DNA from: a virus
Direction: 5' to 3' (one strand)
Virus record (IMG/VR): IMGVR_UViG_3300032240_000659
Coordinates: 1-64,000 of that record
DNA: 64,000 nt
Part shown: in pieces, positions 9,024-17,890 of the stretch
How positions within the stretch are numbered: position 1 is the stretch's first letter
How the letters are laid out: each line of letters starts with the position of its first letter
Notes under the pieces: generated by a model
What the model was told of the DNA's origin: nothing
Database searches by the model: none
The model's input: the letters and a program-made list of their open reading frames with translations, nothing else
Translations under genes and position numbers: made by a program

Positions 9024-12000
9024 TTATGCTAGGCCCTTGATCTCGCCAGTATTTTTCAAGCGTAGTGGAATATAGATAAATTCAACTGCTTTAACTGGCT
9101 CAATAGCAACATCAAGATATAGTTCATTTCTGTCAATTCTTGATGGTGTATTGTTTGAAGTATCACAGACAACTAGATAATCGTACAATGCACGTTGGCC
9201 TACTAGCTCAAGCAATAATGCTTCAGCGGATTGTTTAATTTCGTCGCGTGTAATCTTATCGTTTGGTTCAAACACATATGGTTTAGCCAACTGTGCAAAC
9301 TGACGGCGTAGATAAATCACTAGACGAGCAACGTTAATACGATCTAAACTACTTGCATTTTTAGCACGAGTATATTGACCGTAGTTAACAAGACCTGTTC
9401 CTGTAATGAATGTTAATGGATTAACTTTGATGCTAGCTAAAGTATCACGTTGTCCATTGTTTAATGCTACTGACTGGAATTCACCACCACTAGTAATATA
9501 ACCAACTGCTGTTGCGTTAGTAATACCGCCACGACGTGTTCCTGCTGGGGCAAACCATGGATAAGAAACATTGTCGCTTAATGCAATAGTGCGTAGCATC
9601 ATATGGCTTGGTGGAACAACTACGTTGTTACCAATATTATCGCTTGTGTAACCCCATGGATAGAAGAAACCTAAATACTCATCACTGCTTACTAATCCAT
9701 CGTCGTTATCTTCTAATGCACCTTTTTGGTTTGTGCCCCAATTTAGCAAGCTGGTTGCATCTGGTGTTAGGCGTGCCGGTGTATCTGCTACAACAAACGC
9801 TGTTAAGCCACGATCGTAGTTTAAACTAACCATTTCACCAACTAGCTCAGGATATCCTGGGCAAGCAATTAAGTTAAAAATACGTGCTTCTTCGTCGCGA
9901 ATTTGCTGGTTAGCATTGACCAGTCCTTGTAATTTCTGTATAACAACTTTACGTTGTGCTTTACGTCCAAATGTTCCTGCACCATTTTCTTGATTAGCGG
10001 CTTCGCTAACCCAACGATTAGCATAGTAACTAGTCATTAGTTGTCCAGAACCAATTGTGCCAGCGCTACCGTTGCTACCGTTGTAACGCAGGTTACGTGC
10101 AGTAGTATCGACATAACCCTGAACATAACGCTTAACATTAAATCCTGAACGGCGTAAATTCCATAACAACATGCCTTTTGGATATAGTGCTGGACTTGGT
10201 GCGTCAGCGTCAACAAAGTCGTTGCTTAGTAAATCTACAATAGCACCCGGTGTTGCACTTGTTCCAGTTGTGTCCCAACGAGCATCAGCAAATAAAACAC
10301 CGTTTTCTGTGCTTTGATCGCTAGTGTCAACTAGTACCCACTTTTTAGTAGCATAGTTAAACTTATATAGTCTTGGAAATTTTTCTAAATCACTTGTATC
10401 AATCCATAAGTCGCCGTTAGCCAATGGTGTGCCATCGCTTTGTTTTGTTGGTTTTGTAGCGCTGACTAGTGGTCCTGCTGGGTCTGTTGCATCACCACCA
10501 CCACCGTTTTGTGTATAATGTAAGTAACCAACCCAGTATGTTCCATTGTTAATCATAATGTCAACTTCAGTAACATCGCTGTTATACCATAATGTGCCAT
10601 CTGCCGGAACAGTTGTAGGAGCATCTGCACTTGCAGGTGCAACACCAACTAAAGAACCAGCACTGTTTAATACAGTTGAACTCCATAAAGTTCCTACGAA
10701 ATCTGTTGTAACACCTGTTGGACTTGCATAATAGTTTGCAGTAGTAGTTGTTGAGAATAATGTGCTTAATGGTGTTCCAGAAATGTTAGACAAGTAGATG
10801 TCACCGCCTGTTGTATGCGTTAAAACAATTTGATTAGTAGATGCAATCTTACTTGCTGTTACTAAGCTACCTGCTGGTAATGCTGAAGTAACTGCTGTTA
10901 AAATTGTATCTGCGTCAGCGGATGTGCCAGCTGCCGTAAATGATACTGAATAAGCGGTACTTAATGTTGCTGTACCTTTTTGTGTATAGCTAATTGAGAA
11001 TGACAACGCACCAGCGCTAAATGTACTTGCGGCAATTGCTACAGATTTAATTGTAGTTGCGCCGGCACCTTTACGTGCATAAATTTTAAAATTTGACTGA
11101 ATAGCACTAGCACTTGGTAAAGTTCCTGTACCTTCATCATCGTTATACTTAACATACAATTGTCCTAACGCTAAGTTAATGCCGCCGCCTGTTGAGTCTA
11201 AGGCCGCTAGTGCGGCTGCGTTAGTAGCATATAGTGGAGCTGTTAATGATTGCCATGCGCCAACAGATGCATTGTATTTTTTAACAGCCCAGTCAGCACC
11301 AGCATTTGGATTAGTTGCTTTAATCCATACAGAACCAGTTGCTTGACCGTTACTTGTTAATGGTTGATCTGTTCTTTTCCATAATGGAACACTAGTGTGA
11401 GAACTAATTTGTAAAGAAGGTGAAGCATATGTTCCAGCAGGAATACCAACTGCTGTACATGCTGTTCCTGATAAAACAATTGATGTTCCCGATGTGTATA
11501 ATTCTAATTTACTATTAACTGCTGCCGCTTTAATGCCAGCGGTGTTAATTGCGCTATTTGCATTAATATCTGTTGCTAATCCAGATAATGTTGTTGAGCC
11601 ACTAACTGTAGTACCGTTAATTGTAATGCTAGTTCCAGTGACTGTTGGGGTTGCAACAGTTCCTTGTGCGGCAGGCCATGCCTGAGCCCAAGTAGTTGAA
11701 CCAACTTCAACCCATGTTCCTGCGGCGGTATTGGTTAATGCTTTCTTAAAATATAATCTATTAAGTGTTGTTGTTGCGACTATTGCATAATCGCCAATAG
11801 CACCAACGCTTGCTAATGGAATACCGTCAACCACACCACCAACTAATTTAGTTTTATCAGTGATAACTGTTGGAATTTTATTAATAAATGTTTGTCCTGT
11901 TGCTGTATCAGCACTAGCAGAATCCCATTCAAAGATACCAAATGCTGTGTTAGAAACATCAAACCAGTAAGTACCATCTACTGGTGCGCCTGTTGGTGCA

Positions 12001-12374
12001 GTTCCAGTAGCATCTAACATTCCTAAGTCAATGTCTGCACGAACAACAAATGCTCTATTGCTTACACCTAAATAGCTATATGCCGCTTGTAAGCCATATT
12101 CGTTTTGCTCGCCACCGTGAATAGGATTATTATTTGCATCGGTCTTAAACATTGGTGTACCAAAAGTATCTGCTAAGTCTTTCTGACTTGTTAGCAAATA
12201 AACTTGACCAGCGTTGGCTTTTAATGTGCCGGGGGCAATGCCAGTCCCGGCGCCGTTTTGTTTACTCTCTTCAGAGGTAACAATAATTAAAGGGGTTGTA
12301 CCTGGGGCAGCTGGAGTATAGAAACTTTCGTCTATTACTGTTACGCTTACGCCTGGTGAACTAAGTTGAGCCAT
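9024..12374 (-). CDS. gp18: Tail sheath protein (gp18-like), enlarged by insertion domains; start revised to ATG 12374
   Basis: N-terminal SPGVSVTVIDES; C-terminal WFAPAGTRRG, VNPL, INVARL, FEPND..TR, PVKAVEFIY. ATG 12374 has a GGAGA SD; 1116 aa. Confidence 0.95.
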   Translation of the reverse strand: MAQLSSPGVSVTVIDESFYTPAAPGTTPLIIVTSEESKQNGAGTGIAPGTLKANAGQVYLLTSQKDLADTFGTPMFKTDANNNPIHGGEQNEYGLQAAYSYLGVSNRAFVVRADIDLGMLDATGTAPTGAPVDGTYWFDVSNTAFGIFEWDSASADTATGQTFINKIPTVITDKTKLVGGVVDGIPLASVGAIGDYAIVATTTLNRLYFKKALTNTAAGTWVEVGSTTWAQAWPAAQGTVATPTVTGTSITINGTTVSGSTTLSGLATDINANSAINTAGIKAAAVNSKLELYTSGTSIVLSGTACTAVGIPAGTYASPSLQISSHTSVPLWKRTDQPLTSNGQATGSVWIKATNPNAGADWAVKKYNASVGAWQSLTAPLYATNAAALAALDSTGGGINLALGQLYVKYNDDEGTGTLPSASAIQSNFKIYARKGAGATTIKSVAIAASTFSAGALSFSISYTQKGTATLSTAYSVSFTAAGTSADADTILTAVTSALPAGSLVTASKIASTNQIVLTHTTGGDIYLSNISGTPLSTLFSTTTTANYYASPTGVTTDFVGTLWSSTVLNSAGSLVGVAPASADAPTTVPADGTLWYNSDVTEVDIMINNGTYWVGYLHYTQNGGGGDATDPAGPLVSATKPTKQSDGTPLANGDLWIDTSDLEKFPRLYKFNYATKKWVLVDTSDQSTENGVLFADARWDTTGTSATPGAIVDLLSNDFVDADAPSPALYPKGMLLWNLRRSGFNVKRYVQGYVDTTARNLRYNGSNGSAGTIGSGQLMTSYYANRWVSEAANQENGAGTFGRKAQRKVVIQKLQGLVNANQQIRDEEARIFNLIACPGYPELVGEMVSLNYDRGLTAFVVADTPARLTPDATSLLNWGTNQKGALEDNDDGLVSSDEYLGFFYPWGYTSDNIGNNVVVPPSHMMLRTIALSDNVSYPWFAPAGTRRGGITNATAVGYITSGGEFQSVALNNGQRDTLASIKVNPLTFITGTGLVNYGQYTRAKNASSLDRINVARLVIYLRRQFAQLAKPYVFEPNDKITRDEIKQSAEALLLELVGQRALYDYLVVCDTSNNTPSRIDRNELYLDVAIEPVKAVEFIYIPLRLKNTGEIKGLA

Positions 12375-12405
12375 ATTGTGTTCTCCATGATTACATGTTC
12401 TATTG

Positions 12406-12473
12406 TATTTAGTGGAATTTTGGTTTTTGTACCAATAATACCGCATGGAAAAGGGAAGAAAAAGGTGTAAATA
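12406..12473. promoter_or_regulatory. Back-to-back T4-type late promoters: TAAATA at 12406-12411 (minus, sheath) and 12468-12473 (plus, HNH-like gene)
   Basis: Motif read directly on both strands of the divergent intergenic gap. Confidence 0.7.
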
Positions 12474-12478
12474 TTATT

Positions 12479-12814
12479 ATGAGACCATTATGTATTTGCG
12501 GACACAGACCAGCCGCTGTTAACTATAAAAAAAATGGGCGCATCTACTATCGTAAATTATGCGAGGCCTGTTTAAAGGGCGGTATAAACGCAGGCATCCC
12601 TCGCTGGCAGAAGGCTGGCTATAAAATAAAAAACACCTGCGATAAGTGTGGATTTAAAAGTCCGCACAAAGAGGTGTTTCGTGTATTTCATGTAGACGGT
12701 GAGTTAAACAACTGCCGTCCTACAAATCTAAAAACAGTTTGTTCTAACTGTTCGTTAGTCCTGCATAAAGAGGGCGTTCGTTGGCGTCAAGGGGATCTTG
12801 TACCAGATCTTTAA
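12479..12814 (+). CDS. Zn-binding HNH-like protein
   Basis: CxC, CEAC and CDKCG Cys clusters, and HVDGELNN...NL.TVCSNC, an HNH-family pattern; 111 aa. Confidence 0.7.
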   Translation: MRPLCICGHRPAAVNYKKNGRIYYRKLCEACLKGGINAGIPRWQKAGYKIKNTCDKCGFKSPHKEVFRVFHVDGELNNCRPTNLKTVCSNCSLVLHKEGVRWRQGDLVPDL

Positions 12815-13424
12815 CACTGGCAAACAGATCATCTATACTGCCATTATTATCAAAAACATGATCAAATTTAGTACCAACCCATGCTGTTTCGCTAGCATGA
12901 ATTCCTAGTCGTCGAATACGTTCGCTACTGATTGCATAGCTCATATTTTTATCGCCTGCATTCATATTAACAGCATCATCATACCAATCTGGTAATGCGC
13001 CGCGACGAACCCAAACAATTTCGCCTCCTGCATTTTTAATTGATTTTATTTCATTAGGAAAACGACAGTCACTAATGACAATATCATCTTTACTGTTGCG
13101 TAGTTTGTTTTCTAAACTAGCAATCCATATATCGTTGTGAAATGCTTTACGACATACTTCGGTTCCCCAATATTGTAGGACCCACCGTGGTGTAAGATTA
13201 GGCATGTTTAAGCGTTCTGCCCACCAAGGATCTACTTGCTCACGCCATTCACGGGCTTGTTTTGTGCGGCCTTCTAACATGGTCCTGTCCCAGCCAAAAA
13301 CATGTGCTACTGCATCTTTGAGCGTATTAGCAAAACTTTCTCTTCGAAATCCGTGAAAGTTAGTAAGATAATCGGCAATAGTATCTTTGCCAGAACCAAT
13401 AAAACCGCACACACCTATAATCAT
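12744..13424 (-). CDS. gp1: Deoxynucleoside monophosphate kinase (T4 gp1-like)
   Basis: N-terminal P-loop GVCGFIGSGKDT, SFA..LKD, R..LQ.WGTE..R, VISDCRFPNE, H.SE. Confidence 0.92.
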   Translation of the reverse strand: MIIGVCGFIGSGKDTIADYLTNFHGFRRESFANTLKDAVAHVFGWDRTMLEGRTKQAREWREQVDPWWAERLNMPNLTPRWVLQYWGTEVCRKAFHNDIWIASLENKLRNSKDDIVISDCRFPNEIKSIKNAGGEIVWVRRGALPDWYDDAVNMNAGDKNMSYAISSERIRRLGIHASETAWVGTKFDHVFDNNGSIDDLFASVKDLVQDPLDANERPLYAGLTNS

Positions 13425-13445
13425 AGCATCTCCTAAAGATATGCT

Positions 13446-13474
13446 AGTATATAACAGTTTTATTACAAGGTCAA
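13446..13474 (-). promoter_or_regulatory. Sigma70-type (early) promoter of the dNMP kinase gene
   Basis: Minus strand TTGACC (13474-13469), 17-nt spacer, TATACT (13451-13446), then an AGGAG SD before ATG 13424. Confidence 0.8.
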
Positions 13475-13481
13475 GAAATTT

Positions 13482-14252
13482 TTAACCAATTATGAATGTT
13501 AGTGGTGTTCCACCTGGCACCATATCGGCAATTTCTTTTTCTAACTTTTCAATTTCGGCAGTGCCTTCTTGTTTTAATGTTGCACCATTTAGTTGTATTC
13601 CGCCACCGCCAGGGCCAGCAATGCTTGCAAATTTACTACGTGCCTCGCCCAACATTAATTTACAAGTTGCTAAAGTGTAATCATATAGCCATTGTTTTGC
13701 ATATATATCAGTCAATAGTACAAAATCTGGACGATAATTCTGTGTACGTAATAACACTTGCTCACCTTGAGCAAAGGGACGTTGTAAAATTGTTAGCATA
13801 TGATTACTTTGGCGCCAATTAAATTCAATATAACTACCAAACATTTTGCCTACTAGCTTTTGATAGCCGGCAAATAGTTCATAAGTTGCTAGGCCGCCCA
13901 TCATACTTCCAGACATCAAATAAGTGTTAGTGTATGCCAAGTTGAAAGGCTCAAACAATGTTCCGCCTGCGCCTAAACCGCTTCGTGATCCAATAGCACG
14001 TCTAAAAATACTTTGTACACTAATAATTTCATCAGGTAGTCGGTACTCGTTTTGATCCTGTATAAGTTCTAAAAAACTGTAACTTTCTTCTACCGAATTG
14101 CTACTACGTTGACGAAACTTTGTAATTGCCTTATCTAGTGCTGTTTCGTAGTGCTTAGGGTCAAGCTCTACTTCGATCATGCCGTCGCCCAGCATAGATC
14201 TAACGTAATCAAACGCTTTATTTCGTTCTTGTAATGATGTAGGATCTGACAT
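13482..14252 (-). CDS. gp13: Neck / head-tail adaptor protein (T4 gp13-like)
   Basis: LG....VELD..H....D.A...F; W..DY.LA..K..LG..RSKF....GPGGG.I.LNG..L..EG..EIEKLE is the gp13 family pattern. Confidence 0.88.
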   Translation of the reverse strand: MSDPTSLQERNKAFDYVRSMLGDGMIEVELDPKHYETALDKAITKFRQRSSNSVEESYSFLELIQDQNEYRLPDEIISVQSIFRRAIGSRSGLGAGGTLFEPFNLAYTNTYLMSGSMMGGLATYELFAGYQKLVGKMFGSYIEFNWRQSNHMLTILQRPFAQGEQVLLRTQNYRPDFVLLTDIYAKQWLYDYTLATCKLMLGEARSKFASIAGPGGGGIQLNGATLKQEGTAEIEKLEKEIADMVPGGTPLTFIIG

Positions 14253-14269
14253 TATTAGTTCTCCAAGTA

Positions 14270-14289
14270 TATTTATGCGGCGATAAATA
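14270..14289. promoter_or_regulatory. Back-to-back late promoters: TAAATA at 14270-14275 (minus, gp13) and 14284-14289 (plus, gp14)
   Basis: Two motifs 8 nt apart in the 42-nt divergent gap. Confidence 0.75.
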
Positions 14290-14294
14290 TCATT

Positions 14295-15455
14295 ATGCCA
14301 CGATTATCCTTATACAAACCCGAACGAGGGCAAGACTACAAGTTTATAGATCGCCAGATTTCTGAAATGTTTCAGGTCGGCGGCACTGATGTATACTTGC
14401 ACAAATATATAGGTACTGAAACTGTTGATGACAACGGTAATACTATTACTAAAGATATTACACAGATTCAAGATTTAATGTTTTTAGAAAACCGTGATAG
14501 GAAATACGGTGAAGAAATTTACAGAATCCGCGGTCTGTATAACGTACAAAATATAGATTTTAATTTAAGCCAATTTGGCTTATTCATAGACAATGATACC
14601 TTGTTTATGACTGTGCATATTAATGATTTTATTAACTACATTGGTCGTAAACCTATTACTGGTGATGTTCTAGAATTACCGCATCTTAGAGATCAATTTG
14701 CATTAAATGATTATGATATTGCATTACCTCGTTATTATGTTATTGAGGACGTTGGTCGTGCAAGTGAAGGATTTAGTTCTACTTGGTATCCGCATTTGTA
14801 CAGACTAAAAATGAAAAAGATTACAGATGCACAACAGTTTGCTGATATTCTTAATAAACCCGCACTTGATGCAAACGGTGATCCAAGCAGCCAAACACTT
14901 AAAGATTTGCTCAGCACATACAACAATGAGATCGCAGTTAATAATGCTGTTATAACAGAAGCAGAATTGGCAGCGCCAAAAAGTGGATATGAAACAAGAC
15001 AGTTTTATACACTAGCAGTTGACCCAACTACTGGTAAAACGTTGCTAAACACTGTTGACGAAACAGGTTTACTTGCAAGTGATGGATCGATAAATGTTAC
15101 TGACGATAATGCAAGACCAATACGAAGCGGTTATACCGGTTATTTGTTAGGCGACGGGTCACCGCCAAATGGTTATGAGTTTGGGTTTGGAATACAATTC
15201 CCAGACACTGCTGTTAAAGACGATTGGTTTTTAAGAACAGATTTTTTACCTAGTAGATTATTTAGATTTGACGGTGTTCGTTGGGTTAAGGTAGAAGACG
15301 GTGTGCGTATGACCACAACCCAAACTGATACTCGTAATACACAAAAAACTAGTTTCATTAATAATACAAACACTAATGTTATTGCTAACGAAACAATTCC
15401 AGAGCGACAAAGTCTCAGCAAGGCACTTAAATATAAACCAGAGGCAGATCTATAA
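14295..15455 (+). CDS. gp14: Neck / head closure protein (T4 gp14-like)
   Basis: GGTDVY.HKY.G; FLENRDRKY; FGLFIDND.LF.T.H; GD.LELPHL; WYPHL.R.K; divergent from gp13. Confidence 0.75.
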   Translation: MPRLSLYKPERGQDYKFIDRQISEMFQVGGTDVYLHKYIGTETVDDNGNTITKDITQIQDLMFLENRDRKYGEEIYRIRGLYNVQNIDFNLSQFGLFIDNDTLFMTVHINDFINYIGRKPITGDVLELPHLRDQFALNDYDIALPRYYVIEDVGRASEGFSSTWYPHLYRLKMKKITDAQQFADILNKPALDANGDPSSQTLKDLLSTYNNEIAVNNAVITEAELAAPKSGYETRQFYTLAVDPTTGKTLLNTVDETGLLASDGSINVTDDNARPIRSGYTGYLLGDGSPPNGYEFGFGIQFPDTAVKDDWFLRTDFLPSRLFRFDGVRWVKVEDGVRMTTTQTDTRNTQKTSFINNTNTNVIANETIPERQSLSKALKYKPEADL

Positions 15456-16951
15456 TGCAACATTTTTACGACGGACAAGTAAGAAGATATATTACACAAA
15501 CTATTCGTGTATTAAGTAACTTTGTTGTCAAATACGGTGACGGAACACTACATCGTGTACCAGTTGCCTACGGCGATGCTGATAAACAAGCGGCCGCCAT
15601 TCTTCGACAAAACAGTGAAAACAAGATTAATAGCACGCCAAGAATTGCAGTTTATGTTACTAGCCTTGCATTGGATAGAGATCGCCTAGGTGACTCAACA
15701 TATGTTGGTAAAGTGCATATTAGAGAGCGTGATATGGTAGATAGTCAATATACTCATGGCCAAGGTAAAAATTACACCGTTGAGAGATTGATGCCAACTC
15801 CATTTAAATTAACAATGAAAGTTGATATTTGGAGCGCCAACACCGATCAAAAATTGCAAATACTTGAACAAATTTTAGTATTATTCAATCCAAGTTTAGA
15901 ATTACAAACAACAGACAACTATATTGATTGGACTAGTCTAAGTGTTTTAAACTTAAATGATATTGCATGGTCTAGCAGACAGATTCCCGTAGGTGCTCAA
16001 GAGTCTCCAATTGATATTGCTACATTAACATTAGACACTCCAATTTATATTAGCGCACCTACTAAGGTTAAACATCTTGGAGTTATTACTAAAATTATCA
16101 GTAACATCTGGGAGGGTGCTAATTCAGCGCCAGGTAATTACATTGAAGGATTAGGTAACGATTTGTACGCACCTACTACAAGTTTTTCTTCTTTAATGTC
16201 CGAAGATGTTATTACAATTACAGATTATCATATAGAAGTTTATAATAATAGACAAGGTTTAGGGCAAGCTACGTTATTAGGTAAAACAGAAAACGCTTTA
16301 CCTAGAGAGCCTAGTTTTGAAATTCCAATTAGACAAGGTTCTACTATAAATTGGGAAGAAGCACTATCTGCATATCCTGGAAAGTTTATTGCAGGTTCTA
16401 GTAAACTTTACTTATTGCAACCAAATGGTACTGAGATTACAGGAACTGTTGCATTAAATCCGCTAGATCCAACAGTGCTATCTGTTACATGGGATCCTGA
16501 TACGCTAACAAGTAATACAGGTATTGACAGTGCCGGCAATTTAGACAGCGATCCTGGCTACAACGCTGCCGCTAGTTATCGTCCTAGTAGTACAGGAACA
16601 TTTGACGCCATCATTGACCCTACTACAAAAGGCCCAAGAGGTAACGGATTAGATACTCCTACAGCAGGTATTCGATATTTAATTATTGAAGATATTGGTA
16701 ATATTAGTAATCAAGACGGTCCGGATGCTTGGAAATCTGATGCAGGTGTAGATTTTATAGCTCGAGCTAACGATATTATAGAGTGGACTGGCACAGCATG
16801 GCATGTAATTTTTGATAGCAACCAAGAAGCAGATACTATGGTCTGGCAAACTAATATATACACTGGAGTTCAGTATTTGTGGAATGGGGTTTCATGGATC
16901 AAGAGCTTTGAAGGTGATTATAGGGCAGGGCAATGGAGACTAGTGCTGTAA
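15455..16951 (+). CDS. gp15: Tail terminator / sheath stabiliser (T4 gp15-like) with C-terminal extension
   Basis: FYDGQ.RRY......R.....RVPV.YG; PTPF.L...VDIW..N.DQ.LQILEQIL..F.P; TAATG coupling to gp14. Confidence 0.8.
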   Translation: MQHFYDGQVRRYITQTIRVLSNFVVKYGDGTLHRVPVAYGDADKQAAAILRQNSENKINSTPRIAVYVTSLALDRDRLGDSTYVGKVHIRERDMVDSQYTHGQGKNYTVERLMPTPFKLTMKVDIWSANTDQKLQILEQILVLFNPSLELQTTDNYIDWTSLSVLNLNDIAWSSRQIPVGAQESPIDIATLTLDTPIYISAPTKVKHLGVITKIISNIWEGANSAPGNYIEGLGNDLYAPTTSFSSLMSEDVITITDYHIEVYNNRQGLGQATLLGKTENALPREPSFEIPIRQGSTINWEEALSAYPGKFIAGSSKLYLLQPNGTEITGTVALNPLDPTVLSVTWDPDTLTSNTGIDSAGNLDSDPGYNAAASYRPSSTGTFDAIIDPTTKGPRGNGLDTPTAGIRYLIIEDIGNISNQDGPDAWKSDAGVDFIARANDIIEWTGTAWHVIFDSNQEADTMVWQTNIYTGVQYLWNGVSWIKSFEGDYRAGQWRLVL

Positions 16952-17382
16952 AAGATAGAATTATTTGTAGCGGAGCATTATTTTATGCTAAATCTACAAG
17001 GCGAGTGTTACTTCTACAAAAAGCTCACGGAAAACATGCAAGCACTTGGGGGCTCGTAGGTGGAACTACTGTAAACGGGGAAAGTCCGTGGCAGGGATTA
17101 CAGCGTGAAATTGTTGAAGAAATAGGTGCAATGCCTAATGTTATTAAAAATATACCGCTGGAAACATTTGTCAGCAACGATAGTGTTTTTAATTTCCATA
17201 CATACTTGTGTGTTATTAAAGAAGAATTTATACCCATACTAAGTGAAGAACATAGTGCGTGGGCGTGGGCTACTATTGATTATGCTCCTAAACCCTTACA
17301 CCAAGGTTTGCGAAGTAGTTTTGGTAACAAAACTATTCGTGCTAAATTACAAACTGTTTTTGACGTTGTTGACCTAATATGA
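16933..17382 (+). CDS. NUDIX hydrolase
   Basis: Nudix box WGLVGG...GES..QGLQREIVEEIG and downstream EH..W.W; exact start uncertain. Confidence 0.88.
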   Translation: METSAVKDRIICSGALFYAKSTRRVLLLQKAHGKHASTWGLVGGTTVNGESPWQGLQREIVEEIGAMPNVIKNIPLETFVSNDSVFNFHTYLCVIKEEFIPILSEEHSAWAWATIDYAPKPLHQGLRSSFGNKTIRAKLQTVFDVVDLI

Positions 17383-17600
17383 AAACACCACCCTGGCTTA
17401 TTGTACTAGCACTGATCGATCAGGTACCCGAAGAACATAGAGCACCAAACTGGGCCGATAGATTACAAACTTGTTATGATTGTGAACATCTTGTTGAAGT
17501 TGCCCTAGTAAAACAACAAGTATGCAACAAATGCTACTGCGTTATGAATAAAAAAGTTACTCTTAAATCATCAACATGCCCGCTTGACAAATGGCATTAA
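17379..17600 (+). CDS. Small Cys-rich protein (DUF6171-like)
   Basis: RLQTCYDCEHL...CNKCYCVM.KK......CPLDKW; ATGA overlap with the NUDIX gene. Confidence 0.65.
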   Translation: MKTPPWLIVLALIDQVPEEHRAPNWADRLQTCYDCEHLVEVALVKQQVCNKCYCVMNKKVTLKSSTCPLDKWH

Positions 17601-17887
17601 CTAACTGAATTATACCATATATACCAATTAGCTCTTGCAAGTTCGTACGCAAGTTGTTTTTCTTCTAACTCCGATGCGCTAGCATCTCTGTTAACATACA
17701 GTCCGGACATGTTGCTATATTCTGTAGCGGCTTCTCGATATGCTTTGTACAATAAATCAGGTTCATCGTTTGGTTGAACTGCATGTTTACCAATTGCCTC
17801 GGCACATTTTGTTGCCTCTTCAATCCAATTTTTACCTTTAAACCAAGTTAGTAGCGGTCTTCCATCAGCTGTGAGTAAATTTTCCAT
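17597..17887 (-). CDS. Hypothetical protein (96 aa)
   Basis: ATG with AAGGA SD inside the upstream stop region; no recognised family. Confidence 0.6.
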   Translation of the reverse strand: MENLLTADGRPLLTWFKGKNWIEEATKCAEAIGKHAVQPNDEPDLLYKAYREAATEYSNMSGLYVNRDASASELEEKQLAYELARANWYIWYNSVS

Positions 17888-17890
17888 ATG

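Noticed and set aside
12375-12446. ORF-track N-terminal extensions of the sheath (to 12446), the gp26-like gene (from 62654), 4629..5417 and 6009..6506
   Set aside because: The extensions run through promoters or neighbouring genes; downstream ATGs have SD or promoter support.
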